A stretch of DNA of 64,000 bases from Sphaeroforma arctica JP610 (lineage: Eukaryota), in NCBI RefSeq assembly GCF_001186125.1, contig NW_014040345.1, positions 48,536 to 112,535 of the forward strand, written 5' to 3'. The number at the start of each line of letters is the position of its first letter. The stretch's first letter is position 1. Below the pieces are notes generated by a model. The model worked only from the letters and a program-made list of their open reading frames with translations, ran no database searches and was not told where the DNA came from. The position numbers and the translations under genes were made by a program. Of the stretch, positions 22,533 through 36,600 are shown piece by piece.

Positions 22533-22668
22533 CTTCTCCGCTTGAGAAACATTAACTATATGTTAAGCTACTTAATGTTTCGACCCGTTTTTCCTTTCTC
22601 GCTTTTTGACCCATAATCAGCTTGAGTGAGCAACTTGCTTCTCATGGGTCTTAAAGCTGGGTGGGAGC

Positions 22669-23439
22669 TGTGTATTAAGCCGGGCTTCCACATTAGACTC
22701 TATGTTATAAACGTACTCTTAAGCAGTCCGTAAATTATAAACGTACTATTAATAGTACGAGGAACTTAAGTTTCCTAATATGGTTTTTAATGGTTTTATT
22801 AATTAATACCTTTTCCATTTTACATATCAGATATTTTAACGAGGCCATTAAAAGGCATCAGTAAAATACCAAACATAAAGAGTTGGTTTAGTTCTATTAA
22901 TAGAACTTTATTTACTTTCCAACTTTATTTATATCTGAATACTTCGTTAGCGAGATGGCTCAACCGAATATAGGTTTCTAGGGACTAATAACGTTACCTA
23001 GTTGATCCTCCGATCAGCCAACCAGATGTGCCAGTCTGATGAAGGCTAAGTCGGTAATTCTTCATAAGTGGCATGTTATTGGTTAAGGCAATAACTAAGG
23101 ACATCAAGAGTATTTTTATTTTTTTATTTATTTTTCTAAAGATAGGATTTTATGAGTTTCTCGGATTCGCCCCAATGAAAAATACCATGGTTTCTAATAG
23201 AGCGACAACGAAACACTAAATAAAATCCTTTCGGCGGAAACAGTACTGAGAGGATTATATATAGGCAATGTCTCAGCTTCACAATCCCTCAGAGTATTGC
23301 TGTTTTCACGAGGCATACCTAACTTTACTAAAAGTCTCATTTCGTTTATTTACTTTGATATTTTCACGATACTTAGAATTTACCTACGCGTTTATTTATT
23401 CTAAGGCGTTAATATCGCCTTGAGAAACCGAATCTTACA
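22669..23439 (+). repeat. 3' LTR
   Basis: Starts TG(TG)TA right after the PPT-like tract and ends ...TTACA; homologous to the 5' LTR. Exact ends inferred. Confidence 0.85.
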
Positions 23440-24630
23440 CTATTCTCGACGGAAATATCTATGGCACTAAGAATACAGTTTGGGACGAATGCATCAGGAA
23501 CATACTTATTTTTCGAGATGGTGAATTTGTTTATAATTCAACCATTCTTAACTATCAGTACGACCAAGAGAAAGCACAAACGCTTACCTCGTGCGGATCC
23601 CTTCACAAACCCGGAATACCCGCGCTTGTCAGAAGTAGAAGAAATTGCAACTTGGTTACAGGATTCATGGTATGCCGGGCTAGCCAGTGCAGATCCGACA
23701 ATCATTGTTTTATTTGATAATAATGATGATGATATTGATGAAGAGGATGATATAGAGGTATAATGTTCTATTTTAGCTTGTTTAGTTTTAATGAGCTTAT
23801 TTGAACTGATAAACATCTTGAATATTAAAAAAACATTAAAGTTATTCACACCCTACCTATACAGATTGATGACATTGACGGTATATTGGGTGAACTGATC
23901 GGAGACAATAACACATCTAACAGTGGAAGCACAAATGATAATGGTATCGACAATGATAATGACAATGTAATTTTTTTCTAAGTGTGAGTACTGGTGTGGC
24001 TAATACTGATGTGACTGGAGTTCAAAATACTTCAATTAACTCTCCATATCTGGGCATTGCGATGGTACATAGTGATCCAACTTCAGATAATACTCCAACT
24101 CCAGTTTTCTCACCTTACCTATACAGATTGATGACATTGACGGTATATTGGGTGAACTGATCGGAGACAATAACACATCTAACAGTGAAAGCATAAATGA
24201 TAATGGTATCGACAATGACAATGACAATGTAATTTTTTTTCTAAGTATAAGTACTGGTGTGGCTAGTACTGGTGTGACTGGAGTTCAAAGTACTCCAACT
24301 AACTCTGCATATCTGGGCAATACGATGGAACATAGTGGTCCAACTTCAGATAATACTCCCAACTCCAGTTGTCTCTGCTGCAAACAGTGTTGTAAAGTAG
24401 ACCTAACACAGTACCCGAACGCGTCGAAAGAACGGGGCGGGAACCATTGGAAGATGGGCTAGCACAAGGAATGTTTTTATTATTTTTTTACCTTATCACA
24501 AACACTACGCGCTCTAGCTGCACGCATACGCTACTTGCTAGTTATATTGAGGTTTGAATACGTGTTACCAGGAAGCCTTAATAATGACCCTATTGAAATG
24601 AGCTTTCGCATAGCTCGAGCAATGAGCTAG
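23440..24630 (+). mobile_element. P-element/THAP9-like transposase relic
   Basis: LFSTEISMAL...TYLFFEMVNLF...DPF...RL....TWL (23440-23670) and SQTLRAL..IRYLL...FEYVLPGSLNNDPIEMSFRIARAMS (~24495-24630) resemble the C-terminal catalytic region of P-type transposases. Confidence 0.55.
23854..24370. repeat. Tandem duplication of ~263 bp
   Basis: TACCTATACAGATTGATGACATTGACGGTATATTGGGTGAACTGATCGGAGAC starts at ~23854 and ~24116. Confidence 0.9.
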
Positions 24631-25728
24631 ACATATGCGCATATGTAAGCGCCAAAAATCTTGCTATTCCGATCCATGTATCAGTTTTACTGCATCACCA
24701 ACAATCACATCGACTGCAACAAAAGATGCTGCGTCAGTTCAATCAGTCGACTTGCGCAAGCAGAGTAGATTTACGTGTCATCAAAACGATTATTCTTCAG
24801 CGCATCAAATCGTGTCGCATGCTGATGCCGCTTAAAGAATTGTGCAACGGTTGTGGCTCAAAACAACAGAAGAGAATTATCGTGCCAATGTTAAACACTT
24901 TACAATATTGCCTGCAATAATATGTCGTTGTTGCTCAATCGACAGTGTGCAGCTACTGTTAACATCAAGAAGGGTCGTCCTACAACATTACGTGGAGCAG
25001 AAGGCTTCAGGAAAATGGATAACCGAGAAGTGTAGGAATGTGTTACGAAGTGTTCATGCCCCATTGGGGAGCAGCTTAGAAGTACTACAGAAGCGATGTT
25101 TGTTGTTAACGCAAATACAAGCGGTACAGCTAGGCTCGGTGCTTGCATTGAAGATTGACGATGCAAAAAAATAAATGCAACTTGATCTTACCTAAGGGTC
25201 GAAAGTAGATGCGGTTGAACGCATCGGAAGGACTCTCCTGAATCCTATTGCCGGTCAAGAACATGACGCACTATTGTCATCATTGAGGGAGGCATGAATA
25301 CTAGGCAAGACGCCTACCTTGATCATCTTCATATCTTAGGTAAGCTGAATTGATCTCATATATTGAATAGAAAAAAATAGTAGAAGCGGTGTGTTTTTTA
25401 TTATTAATTTGTTGAATAAAACTAAATTTGCTTCACACCAATACTTGTCATGCCTTTTGAGGATGTTGGCTTATTCAATTTTCAGAAGGCTATGAAAATT
25501 AGAATATGAACTGTAAAACCATCAAGGATCCTTGTGTATTCGATTCCATGACACTTCCGCTGCTGATGAGGTGAATAGGATTTCTCGGCAGTACAACTAT
25601 TAAAAATTACAGGCGCAGGTGATACTATCGGCGATCTGTTCTCTCTTTTAACAATTTTCTGGTGTGTAAAAATCCTGTTACAATATTTTGTATGAGATCA
25701 TATATCTACCTAATAACATATGAAAGTC

Positions 25729-26345
25729 AGTCGTAGAATCGTATCTTCACTATGAAGCGCTTGACGGACAGCCAACCACCGGGCACTCAAAACATGTACG
25801 CTTAAGGAGTACGGACGCACACATCTTTTACCACTTGAAGTGTTTGGGTTTTAGGATTAGCCGAGGTCATCTATTCACCTATACAGGCTAGTGTATGTGA
25901 TTGTCAGGCAGTTATAACTTCTCCATGAACAATGCCCAATCGATCGAAAACTGCCTTCAACAATGTTTTAAGGTTTTTATTGATCCGTGTAATATAGATA
26001 CACGTCCGTCGTAGAATCGTATCTTAATTTGAAGTGCTTGGCGGACGGTCAAACTCAGGGCACTCAGAATATATTTGCTTGAGTGGTACGTACGCAGACA
26101 TCCACTACAACTTGAAGTGGTTTATGAGGATATCTATACATCTACACGCTAGTGTGATTGTCAGGCAGCTGTGACTACTATATGGACAAAGCCCAATCAA
26201 CAGGACAAAACCTTCAGCAATGCTTTAGAGATTTCATAATTTGGTGTCACATAAATGAACGTCCGTCGTAAATTGACAGTATAACCTTCAATATTAAGCG
26301 GCTGGTGGCCAAACCCGGGGCATTCAAAACATTCTTAAGGCTATG
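25729..26345. repeat. Diverged ~260-280 bp tandem units (2 plus a partial third)
   Basis: GTCGTAGAATCGTATCTT...GGGCACTCA...GTGATTGTCAGGCAG recurs at ~25730 and ~26008, and more weakly at ~26265. Confidence 0.65.
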
Positions 26346-27599
26346 GGTGCACAAATTAACTTTACCACTCTATTGTGTAAGAGTGAGGTACAGATTGTTT
26401 ACCTGAATTGTGTGAAGTTTCAGGTGCTGTCATACACTTTGTTTGTGCCGGTGCCCGTTATCGCTTATGTAAAAGACTTTTCCAAGTCGAAATACGCGCG
26501 GGATAGGCCTTTCGATAACAAGTAGGACAATCAGCACATGTCAAACAACCCCTCAAGCAACATGTTGTAGCCTTGAATTAAACAATATAAAATCGAAAAT
26601 GTTGTTATGATCGTTTCCAGAAAAATTAAATTGAGAAAAGCGTGAATGAAGATGGTAAGTGTAGTAGATAGAAAAAGTTGTTGAAGCCTAAAGTCTAAGT
26701 TAGACAGTTCCATTGAATCTAACTGAACATCAACGTGCGTTAAAACGAATAAGAATATCACAGTATACCAAACTGATACACGCGTTCCCAATAACGCACG
26801 AATGTACTCGATCAAAAGGTATCGGTGTGCATACTGGTCGAGATGACGATTACTCAGAGCTAGGCAACTTGCTCAGGGGTCTAAAATTTGACTATGATAC
26901 ATGCTTCATCCATTGTCCTGGACGGCATCATTTTTGATATTACAATGACGGTTGTGTATGACTTGTGCAATACCTATTTGCACGATCTCCCGGTGATTAA
27001 ATATGTTACTAAAGTTGGTTTGAAAATGGAAAGAGTGTGATGCCAGTCTATCAATGTGACTTTACAAATATATACCAGATGGCAGTTCGCAACTTACACT
27101 CTACTGACCTAGGGTTGCACATACTGGAAAACACAGCAAACAATGCCGAAGACACTATATCAAAATTCTCATTGGAGAAAGATCAACTAAAATACCGTTC
27201 TCAATACTATATCCAAGCACTATACATAGTTAACAAAAGCCTTTCAGATGTTATTTGGGACCCACTACAGTAGCGGTGTGATATTATTAGTGTCAGTGTG
27301 ATCTGAACTGTGCGCGGGACAACATGTACTGAACTTCTGAACCACATAGGTATATTCTATCTTTACCTTCCGGGATTTTTTTTTTGCAACGGGCATCGGA
27401 AATAGATTCGAGTTCAATTCCTTTCGTGGTGTATTGGATATCGTATCGTGTCGTCTTTGTCTACTTTAGAGATAAAACCATAGATTTTGAAATAACAAAA
27501 TGACTATAAGTTGCAGTAAATTTTATACCGTTTCGTCCACTGAGGTATGGTGATTCTCCCTGTTGTCCAGCGGCTTACCTGTAGACCCCAGTGACAGGA

Positions 27600-28110
27600 T
27601 AATTTGGCTTTAATAGCTATAGCGTAAAAACTTTTGTACTTTGCGCTCCTCTGGATGGTAACTGGCGATCTGTCGCATTTGAGTTTTCAGAACTCTAGTA
27701 GTACATTCCAACGTCTGGTCTGCAGTCGAATGCGTGAATACAGCTTTGTCCAGAAGCTAGTTTAAGACATCGAGATTTGAAGTTATCTAACCCTTGCGTT
27801 GTATGAGTCTCTGCTATAGACTCAATTCTCTTCTGTATCAAAGTTGCTACATTTGTTCCTGCTAGAACCGATGATATCATAGCCCCCAAGAAGTCAAAAG
27901 CCCTATAACCCTATAACCCTAAATCCGCCATCACATTCAAGTTCGCTTTGCTTCCACTTCACATCTGAAGCAATCTACCTGATAGAACCATGGTTTGTGT
28001 TCCAACTCCAAATAGGTTTAAGGAGATCAGTTCCCGATTCGCAACTTACAAGCACACTTGAAACATCAGCCGCTGGTTGATTCCATAGGTCTTTAGTTTT
28101 TCGAAAGCAT
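27600..28110 (-). mobile_element. Possible Ty1/Copia RT relic
   Basis: Fragmentary LKTYGINQ, MADLG, FDFLG, AFDCRPDV and QKFLRY in the order expected for Copia RT (LYGLKQ, DLG, FLG, TRPDI, KRVLRY); very degraded. Confidence 0.4.
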
Positions 28111-30899
28111 TTCATTATTCAAGCACCTGTGCGAGTGGGTCTGAGTTTTCAGGGTCCTTGATTATGGAGGTGATTTGTACAGCTTTCAGAATCGAGATCA
28201 GAAATCCCCCAGACTTCCCCCCCCCCAATTCTTGAATTAGATAGGTGTCTGCACTGTCACATCGCTTTGTATGACCTTGGACTGCTCGTATTTGGTATGA
28301 CTATCATTGTAATATCCGTGTGTTTTCTGTATTATATTTCGCGGTAAGCGCAGATTATTACCTCGATAGCGGTGCATTGAGATCAAGTTTTTAAATCTCC
28401 ATTGTACTCGGTGTACAACCTGATGAAATTTTATTGACGGAAGCTAAAGCATTGTAAATGCATCTGTTTTTGATATTTACTCACAGATTTAGGATGGAAA
28501 TCAATCTACATCAGCTAGTGACATATGGGTGCATATATAGTCTGTGAATACATTTAAGGTACTTGTTAAAAGGAAGCATATAATTGTGGTTTTCGAGCGG
28601 AAGTGGCATGGTCTATGATTCCATGTCATATGTGTTGAAAATAAATAAATGCGTTCTACATCCGATCTAAAAAGTTTCGAAAAGGTCTTGTCCAAACAGA
28701 TGAAGAAACGATGTCGATGTACACAACAAGTCCAAGTAAAGTCGCTGTACATACTAAACCCCAGATTCGGCTACTATAGGTCATTCCGGAATAACGTCAC
28801 ATTATGATCGAAGTTGCTCATCGCGAATGTTGTAGCAATGAAAAAAAAAAGGTGAAAATTTTGAACAACGCGCACAGAGACAGAGTGGTTATGTACAAAT
28901 AATACGCGCATATGCATGGCGTTCAATTCGTAGTTGATACCAGTCAAGAATCTAAGCCTTAGCCCATGCCATGCCTTGCTTCAACCACATGCTTGGTGAT
29001 CTCGTTGACCATTTCTGCGCATAATTGGTAGACCAAGCAGCCGATAAAACAGACAGTCCATTTATAAAAAGTGGCGATTCCAAGTGAAAACATCTTTGTT
29101 GAATTCTTACTTTTGGGGGGGGGGGGGGGGGGTTGTTGTTGCGAATTGGGCTCTTTTTTGTTGGTTTTGAATATATTTTGGTGTGCCTAATTCTATATCG
29201 CAGAGTCTTACTAGCATATATTTGGGACTACCGATGGCCTATTTGTGCGCAATGCTTGTGTAAATTTCGTTTTACATGACTTTTTGTTTGGCTACGCCTC
29301 GACTTATGTGTCGGGTTGAACATTTTTTGGTTTCAAATTGGCGTGGGCTGCTCTTGGCTACGTTATGAGTTGGCCTTGGCTACGCCTTCACTATGCCGTG
29401 GTCTTATACTCGCTTCGCCGTGGATTGGCGATGGATACGCCGTGAGTTTAGTACAGCATGTAGGCTTNNNNNNNNNNNNNNNNNNNNGCAAGGCGCGTAT
29501 CCATTCATATTTGAAAACTCAAGTGTGATAGCACCTAAACAAATATAATAGGTACACAAATACAGACACGTGATTTTATTGTAGGGAATACGGAGTGGAA
29601 CACCTATGCAACCTTCTCTACAAACATGTCTTGGTTGTATTATGTATAGTATTTTTTACGTGTATACGTTGAAAGTTTTTATTCACCATCCAGCCATATA
29701 CATATTTTTCAATAAGACCTATGCATGCAAACAGACGAGCGATCTGACTTAGAAATGAATTGAATGGCGAACCTACTTAACAATAATTCTATGGTTGCTG
29801 CTTGTATTCTAACTAAATGGTAAATTTCGAAGAATCCAACGATTACATATACTCAATGGGTCAGGACCTGAAAACATAGATTCAAGCGTATGAAAACCTG
29901 TGCATCGTGCAACTGACACAAAATCTAAAGAAGACCCCTAAGTATAGCGTATTTGACAGCCCCGATATGTTGGTATATCAAAAAAATAGTTGGTCCTTCT
30001 TCCTACTTCGCTCTTGGATCATTTGCAGCAGAATTAACGATTGTTTTGGCACCGCCTTTTGAGTATGAGCAGTAAGATTTGTAAAGCCAGTCATCAATTG
30101 GCGGCAACGAAATCAAATTCGAGATTTTTTTATAGCTAAAAAGTCACGTCAACAGGGACAAAATCTTGGGACAGGGTCGAATGAATCAAATTTGGTATTT
30201 GGCCAAAGCTTATTTTAACACTTGGAACGTCTTGAGCTAGTATCTGCGAGCAATTGTTGTTTATAAACCATCCTCGGCCGTCTGGAGTAGGTGCTAAACC
30301 ACGATTATGACATGATTTAAGCTTAGGATAAGCTTCTAAAGTTAATATGAACTATATATTATGAAGTGTCTATTACCATTCTAGAAACCTATGGTACCAT
30401 AGCATCCATCTATTACGTGTGACCATGTCCGGGAATGGTGTTTTTATCATTAGGTGACCATTGCATTTAGAATTTTTGTTTTGGTTGAAGATCGGTTAGT
30501 TGTGGGTTCATGCCAAAGGTCACTTACGAGCAATCATTGGCATGGGCGATGCGCAACGTGTGATAATGCGTGTATACAGTGTAAGTGTGACTGTGGTGGT
30601 GTTGTTGCTGGTAGATTGACGCGAGAACATCAGCGAGAGCCGAGGGTTATAGGTGAGGTAGAGCGAGCATCTTCGAGTCGTGCATCGGCCAAAAGATCGC
30701 TAGTGGATATTACGGAGAATATACGTACATTGAAAACTCCTACTCATCGTTCCAACACCTAATCTAAATGACACACTCACTCGGAAAGTAGTGCAATAGT
30801 AACATGAATACAACAGACAATAGTCGTATTAATACGATATCGGATGCGCCGCGTGCGTTTGGATGGCGTAGAAATTAAAGGTAGGCGTTACCTAGTGTG

Positions 30900-31500
30900 G
30901 AAATACCTTCCAAAAATAAAAAGCTGTCAACAGCACATATTCATGATTGGGGATGTATGAGTCAATTCGCGTCTAAAACATTTAACCGCTTGTCCACGAT
31001 CGTATACCCAGCGGTTCCCAGATCACTTATGTAGGAAGAAACCCCTAAATACACCTGTTGTAATAAGGTCAGATAACTCTAAAGTAATAGAAACTGCTGT
31101 AGAAGTATACGACAAAGCTCCAAAGAACTCGCTGAAGATATGCACACCATGGGCAATCTTAGTCAAGGGACCATCTCAGACGAAGATAGATGTTAAGAAG
31201 CGGAATAACGATATAACTTTGTCTGGTACGCCGAAAACGTAGCCTATGATGACTTCAAAGTATTAAATGACTAAGGGGAAAGGACTGAGAGTTGTTAAGC
31301 ACAGTAGGGCCAGGTTCTGTGTGTCAGACCTAGAAACTGCCATCAAATTCATTCTATTTGACGACAATATAAGTCTAATATCGTGGGGAGTAAAGATGTT
31401 AGGGATAGGCCCAGATGAAACGATTGTGTATTGACCAGAAGGAATGCCGGTGCAGATGATGCAGAAAGACTATACAACTGTTTTTGTTGATAAAGTAGGC
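30900..31500 (+). mobile_element. Possible pogo/Tc5-like transposase relic
   Basis: Only weak fragments (GCMSQFASK, LVKGP, KFILFDD, PEGMPVQMMQKD) across broken frames. Confidence 0.25.
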
Positions 31501-32943
31501 TAAATAGGTCTCTAAATTTTTGAAGATGCTCTTGGCAATAACCAACAACAGCTGAAGAGAGGGAATCTATTTCAAGCGAAGATTCAGGAGAAGTTTTAGA
31601 GCGCGATTTAATGAGAGATAACATAGTAGAGGGCAATATTCGACAGGATTACAGACTTGAACCAGAAGAAGGTACCGGTGAAATAAATGACCATGATTTC
31701 GAGTTGAAAATGGGATCTGAATATTTGCCGCTGAATTTCAAGTTAATCTTGGGTTTGATCTAGACTATAATAAAGGTGTGACAGCAGAAGAGCTCGTAGG
31801 GTACGGCCCCGGTGATCCAGATGATGAATCGACTCGACTGTCCCTGGTGAATGTTTTGAAACAATCCAAACTGTACATCATCTAAGGTCCACGCAACTAT
31901 AACCGAGAAACGCGGAGAGAAGGCGTTACACCGGTGCAAGACATCGGGCTGATATGCTTGCTACTGCTAAAAGATCTGCGAATACTTTGATATCTTCACA
32001 TGCTGTTTTATCAAGATGCAGCCGGAATTCATGCTCATCCAGGTGAAGTTAATGTATCCAGATTGCTATTCTTTCCTTGGAGAAATGAAAATAAAGAAAA
32101 GTGCGGAGTCTACACGCAAAAGAGATATCGCGAAAGAAAATAAGGAGAGATTAGCAGAAGCAGAAGCAATAGGTAGAGGCGAGGCTTATGATTCTCCCGC
32201 TGGGAAGAATGCCCGTAAAATGACAGTATTATGAACACGTTACAGGAAGATGTAGCGATGAAACAGCAGTCGGTTATTACAGTACTGGAAGCTAAATATG
32301 CAATAGACGATGGTAGTCGCCTCGACGACTTTCCTGACAATGATAGGATCAAATCGAAGCAATCTTACTGCAAACTAAGGCGAGAAAACATTTATTAGGA
32401 GCAGGCTGTAATTGGATCATCCACTGAATGTGAATTCAATGAACTTTGACCATCTGATGACCAGTGTTGCGTCACGTACCACTAATACGAGTTATACAAG
32501 TATATATTTTATTGTACGACTAAGGTACTGTGTTCAAGTACGTCCAGAGCCTTAGCATAGACTAATACATACATTTAGTGAGCAGTTATCATGTTTTACG
32601 TCACCCAACGTGGATTCAATGAGCTTTCAATGGCCATCGGGTGACAAATTTTGCGCCACGGGCCACTAATACGTGATATACAGGTCTATGCTTCATTGTA
32701 CGACTAAATTGTTATGTTTAAAGGAGTACTTCTAGAGTCGTAAAACAGTCTAATACGTACATTTGGCGAGCGGCTATCGTGTTTTGCATGTTCTGTAGCG
32801 CCTAACTTCCCAGTCTGAAATCCTTGCTACGGTTATGGTTCCAACAGATGAATTGGTCCCATTGTACCTGCTTAATTCGTCTAGCATGATAAAATAGATG
32901 GATAAAACATAAAAAGCGTTTATTTTTTCACTATTAATATAGG

Positions 32944-32983
<40 letters not shown>

Positions 32984-33638
32984 GTTTACGGCAATTGTCT
33001 TTTTTCCTCGATCAATAAGAAATCGATCACTTGCAATTCAGTACCCCTTACTGACATACTCATCTCGATATTACTATTCCACAGCCAAAATGAATAGCTG
33101 CAAGTGTTAGTAGTGCCCCGCAAGGTGACCTCGACTGAGAGGATCCTAAATATTGTAGATATCTATGTCGGTGTCCTTCAGTTTGATTTTACTTTCATAT
33201 GCTGAATTTGAGCTAGAAGGTACATGGATATATAGATATACAAAGGTACATAGATATATACAGGTATTTGTTAATGATGCGTATCGTGCTATATGTATCC
33301 GTATATATGATCCATATGTCCCTTTACCTATCTGGAGCGCAGCATGAATGTTGTGTGTGATGATCATTTTAACGCTCTGGTTGCAGTTACTGCAAATTGA
33401 TTATCGATGAGCCACATTTTTTTTTCAACAACAGTATTCGATATATTGCAGTTGAAAGTCTACACTACACTACTTTGGGTAATGTGCTTACAATCGCTTT
33501 GACTGACTTTATATATGCCTTGATTCAGACGTTAGCAATTGGTATAAATCTCTTCTGGAGAGCTCATAACCATGACCGATGGCGGGAATTCGCACGAGCT
33601 CGACGAGTACATCGCTACTTTTACGGAGTGGCTGTAAA

Positions 33639-36600
33639 CTAGAACAAATACATGCTGGTGATGTCCTTGGCGCCAAAAGGGTCCAGGCAGTTCGGACACT
33701 TCCTTTGACGAGACTCGTACCGATCCTGCAGAAGAATGAGCAAGTAAACATTAAATAATAATAAAAACTACGGATACGATAGTTAAAACCGATTCAAAGT
33801 GCGAGAAATCAATGGCGATCATGTCACGTTTCACTCAACGCATGACCATCACGAGTGCCGTTCAATAAACATTACCAATCCAATATTCATGCGACTTGTG
33901 CTTGCAGACTGCGATGAGTATGCATTTTGAACGGGAAGACTCGTGAGTCGTCGATACCGATATTGATACGCAAGAAGTGATTAAAAAACAACCAAAAATG
34001 TAGAAACAGATAGTTTTACCTGGGGAGATGCAGCCACAAAGGTGAGAGACGAAATTTATAATCAAATACTTTCATTCAAGTACAAAACCCTAAAACATCT
34101 GACCGTAGCAGAAAGCCATGCAACAAACTGATTGTTGAAATAGTACTACAATACATAAATCAAACCCGATATCAGACGGGTACTCGCGATACGAATCGAA
34201 AAGTCACTATTTCCCTAAAACGCTAAAATCGATTCCAATAACAACAATATTTTAAAGTACGGGGAAGATAAAGCAACGACAACTGTGTCATAAAAGACTC
34301 GATAAGCAAAAGATAGTGGCTAAGCGTAGCAGGAACAAAGGGTCTACTTACCGTGATACAAACATTGCAGAACACATGTTGGCACTTGGTTAGCATGGTG
34401 TTCTTTTTCCTCCTCTTGCAAAGTGTGCACATAACCAACTCCTGCAGATAAGAAGTACATCATTGCATTAGTTCTAAGGGCAAAAAAGAGGTTGCGCTGT
34501 AGTCGTTGATACGTCGCGGTGACCAACGGGCAATAACATACCATATTTTATAATACAAATATCAATCCAAATGCCCTCATCAATAGCCAACGACTCTACC
34601 AGAATTTGACACACAGCTCAGGGGAGAGTTCAGGAATCCTTGTACAAGCACAAATTGTATGTTCGTTTGCACAAAAGAAGAAGCAATCTGACACATCCTC
34701 CGCAGAAAGAACACCAACGCCACACCCGATCTTCACACAGCCCGCAACAGAAATTCCTAGGCTTCAAGTGGCGGCAAATGCGTGTGCCTGTTTTCCAGAC
34801 TGCAAGTGCCTGTTCTACGCCCACTGAGTCAATGTTGGACATCAGAGTACCACGTTGCCCATCATACTGAATAATCTCACCTACTCAAACCAGCCTTTAC
34901 AGACAACTCAGACGAGTGACTACATATCACGTGACACTGATTAAATGACATTCCGTGGAAAGGTTGTTAACTACGTCACAACTATATATGCAGTGGAATG
35001 CCACGGCCGATGGACCTTGTGGAGATGAGGGCAGTGTGATACGTGTTCTACACATACCTTCAAAGACTTAATCTCTTCCTCGAGGACATCTCTTTCGCTA
35101 ACTTCATCGGATTCTCCATTTGGTCCGGTTCGATTTAACTGCTTCTCCAGCTTATTCTTTTTCTCCTACACAATGCCAGTACAAAGTTTTAATAAACAGG
35201 ACTCAAGGAATGGCTCAAAAACTGTTAAACGTTTTCACGGTATGCATAGTCATACAAATTCCAGAGATATGCGATTCAAAGACAAAATAAAAATCAACAC
35301 TGGAAGTACTGCATAAGCACCAAAATCTCGTGCATCGACCCTTGAAGGATTGAGTCATGGGAAAAGAGCAAAAGTTGCTCAAGACCACGTGCCGGCGTGT
35401 CGTGTCAGGACATCCTTTCAACGCAAGTCACAGGCACAGGCCTATACATTGGCGTGTCAGGACATCCTTTCAACGCAAATCACAAGCGCAGGCCTATAAA
35501 CCCTAAATCAACGCAGGTCACAGGTGCAGGCCTATACATTCCGCACGCAAATGAACTGTAAACCAAATCAAAGCGAAAGTAGCGACGTAGACTTGGTTGT
35601 CCATTGCGTTGTACGCTACAACGTCATTGCGAACATACCTGGAGGCGGTTCTTTTGATGCTCGATGGTCTGTATTTCCTCATTCTTGGTCTGAACGAGTT
35701 TATCTAATTCGTCGGCGCGTGCTTTCTCCTGCAACAAGAGGGACGTGAAGGCAGACACCAAATTAGTATAAGAACTTAAATCAATTGATAACACAACAAA
35801 GCATCCAGCATGAGTATAAGTGTGATTCCCTTTGCGCTTACTTACATAGTCACACACAGGGATGCCACTAGCCCCTACAAGATGCAAAATTATATATGTA
35901 AAGGTAGAGGTACTCTTTAATCTGTGCACACAACACCTACCTGGGCGAGGAGCAGCTTGACTTCGCACTCCGCTTGCAGCGCCTCAACGGACTTCTTCTT
36001 GTGGATGTCCAGGGCCTGTTGTTTGGTCCACGAGTCCTTCTCTAATATTGTTATTTGGTCTTTCATGCTCTGCAGAGGGTTACGAATTGGATATTGTTGG
36101 CTTTCGTGTTCTACAGTAATATGACAATCACACACTCGACCTTGACACTTTGAATGCAACCACTACGCAATATACATATTCCAGCTAAAAAATTCCTACA
36201 TACATACATACAATAAATATAAAAACGGTAATTGCTGGGGCACTACGCACGTAGTCATACCTTGATTCGTTCCTCGAGTGCGCTGACTAATGCGTGCGAC
36301 GTGTCCACGGTGTGTTTGAGTTGGAGAGCCTTGTTGTCGGCTTCGCTCTTCGCTTCGTTCAGTAACTTGACACTCTGCCGACGAAAAGAAATCCAAAACC
36401 GATAAAAATCAGGATCAATTGGAGAGGAATGAATGAAACAGCCTGTTGACGTGGGTATAAAAATTTCAATAAATACTGACAACAAATCGCAGGAGGAAAA
36501 GAAGCCAAAAATTTCGGGCGTGCTGGACTTTGCCTTACCACATCTGTTAACGTCTGTGCATGAGAGCGCCAAGATGCAAACAAGTACAGCGTTTTGAGTA

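Larger units (their letters stand above)
15507..23439 (+). mobile_element. Ty3/Gypsy LTR retrotransposon (gag-PR-RT-RH-MTase-INT), inactivated
   Basis: Direct LTRs; PR-RT-RH-INT order; PPT-like CTGGGTGGGAGC just before the 3' LTR. Confidence 0.93.

Noticed and set aside
15507..23439. DIRS element (because of the MTase)
   Set aside because: No tyrosine recombinase seen; a DDE integrase, protease, direct LTRs and PPT indicate Ty3/Gypsy.
24842..25300. Ankyrin-repeat gene relic (GSKVDAVERIGRTLL)
   Set aside because: Single weak motif in broken frames; insufficient without a search.
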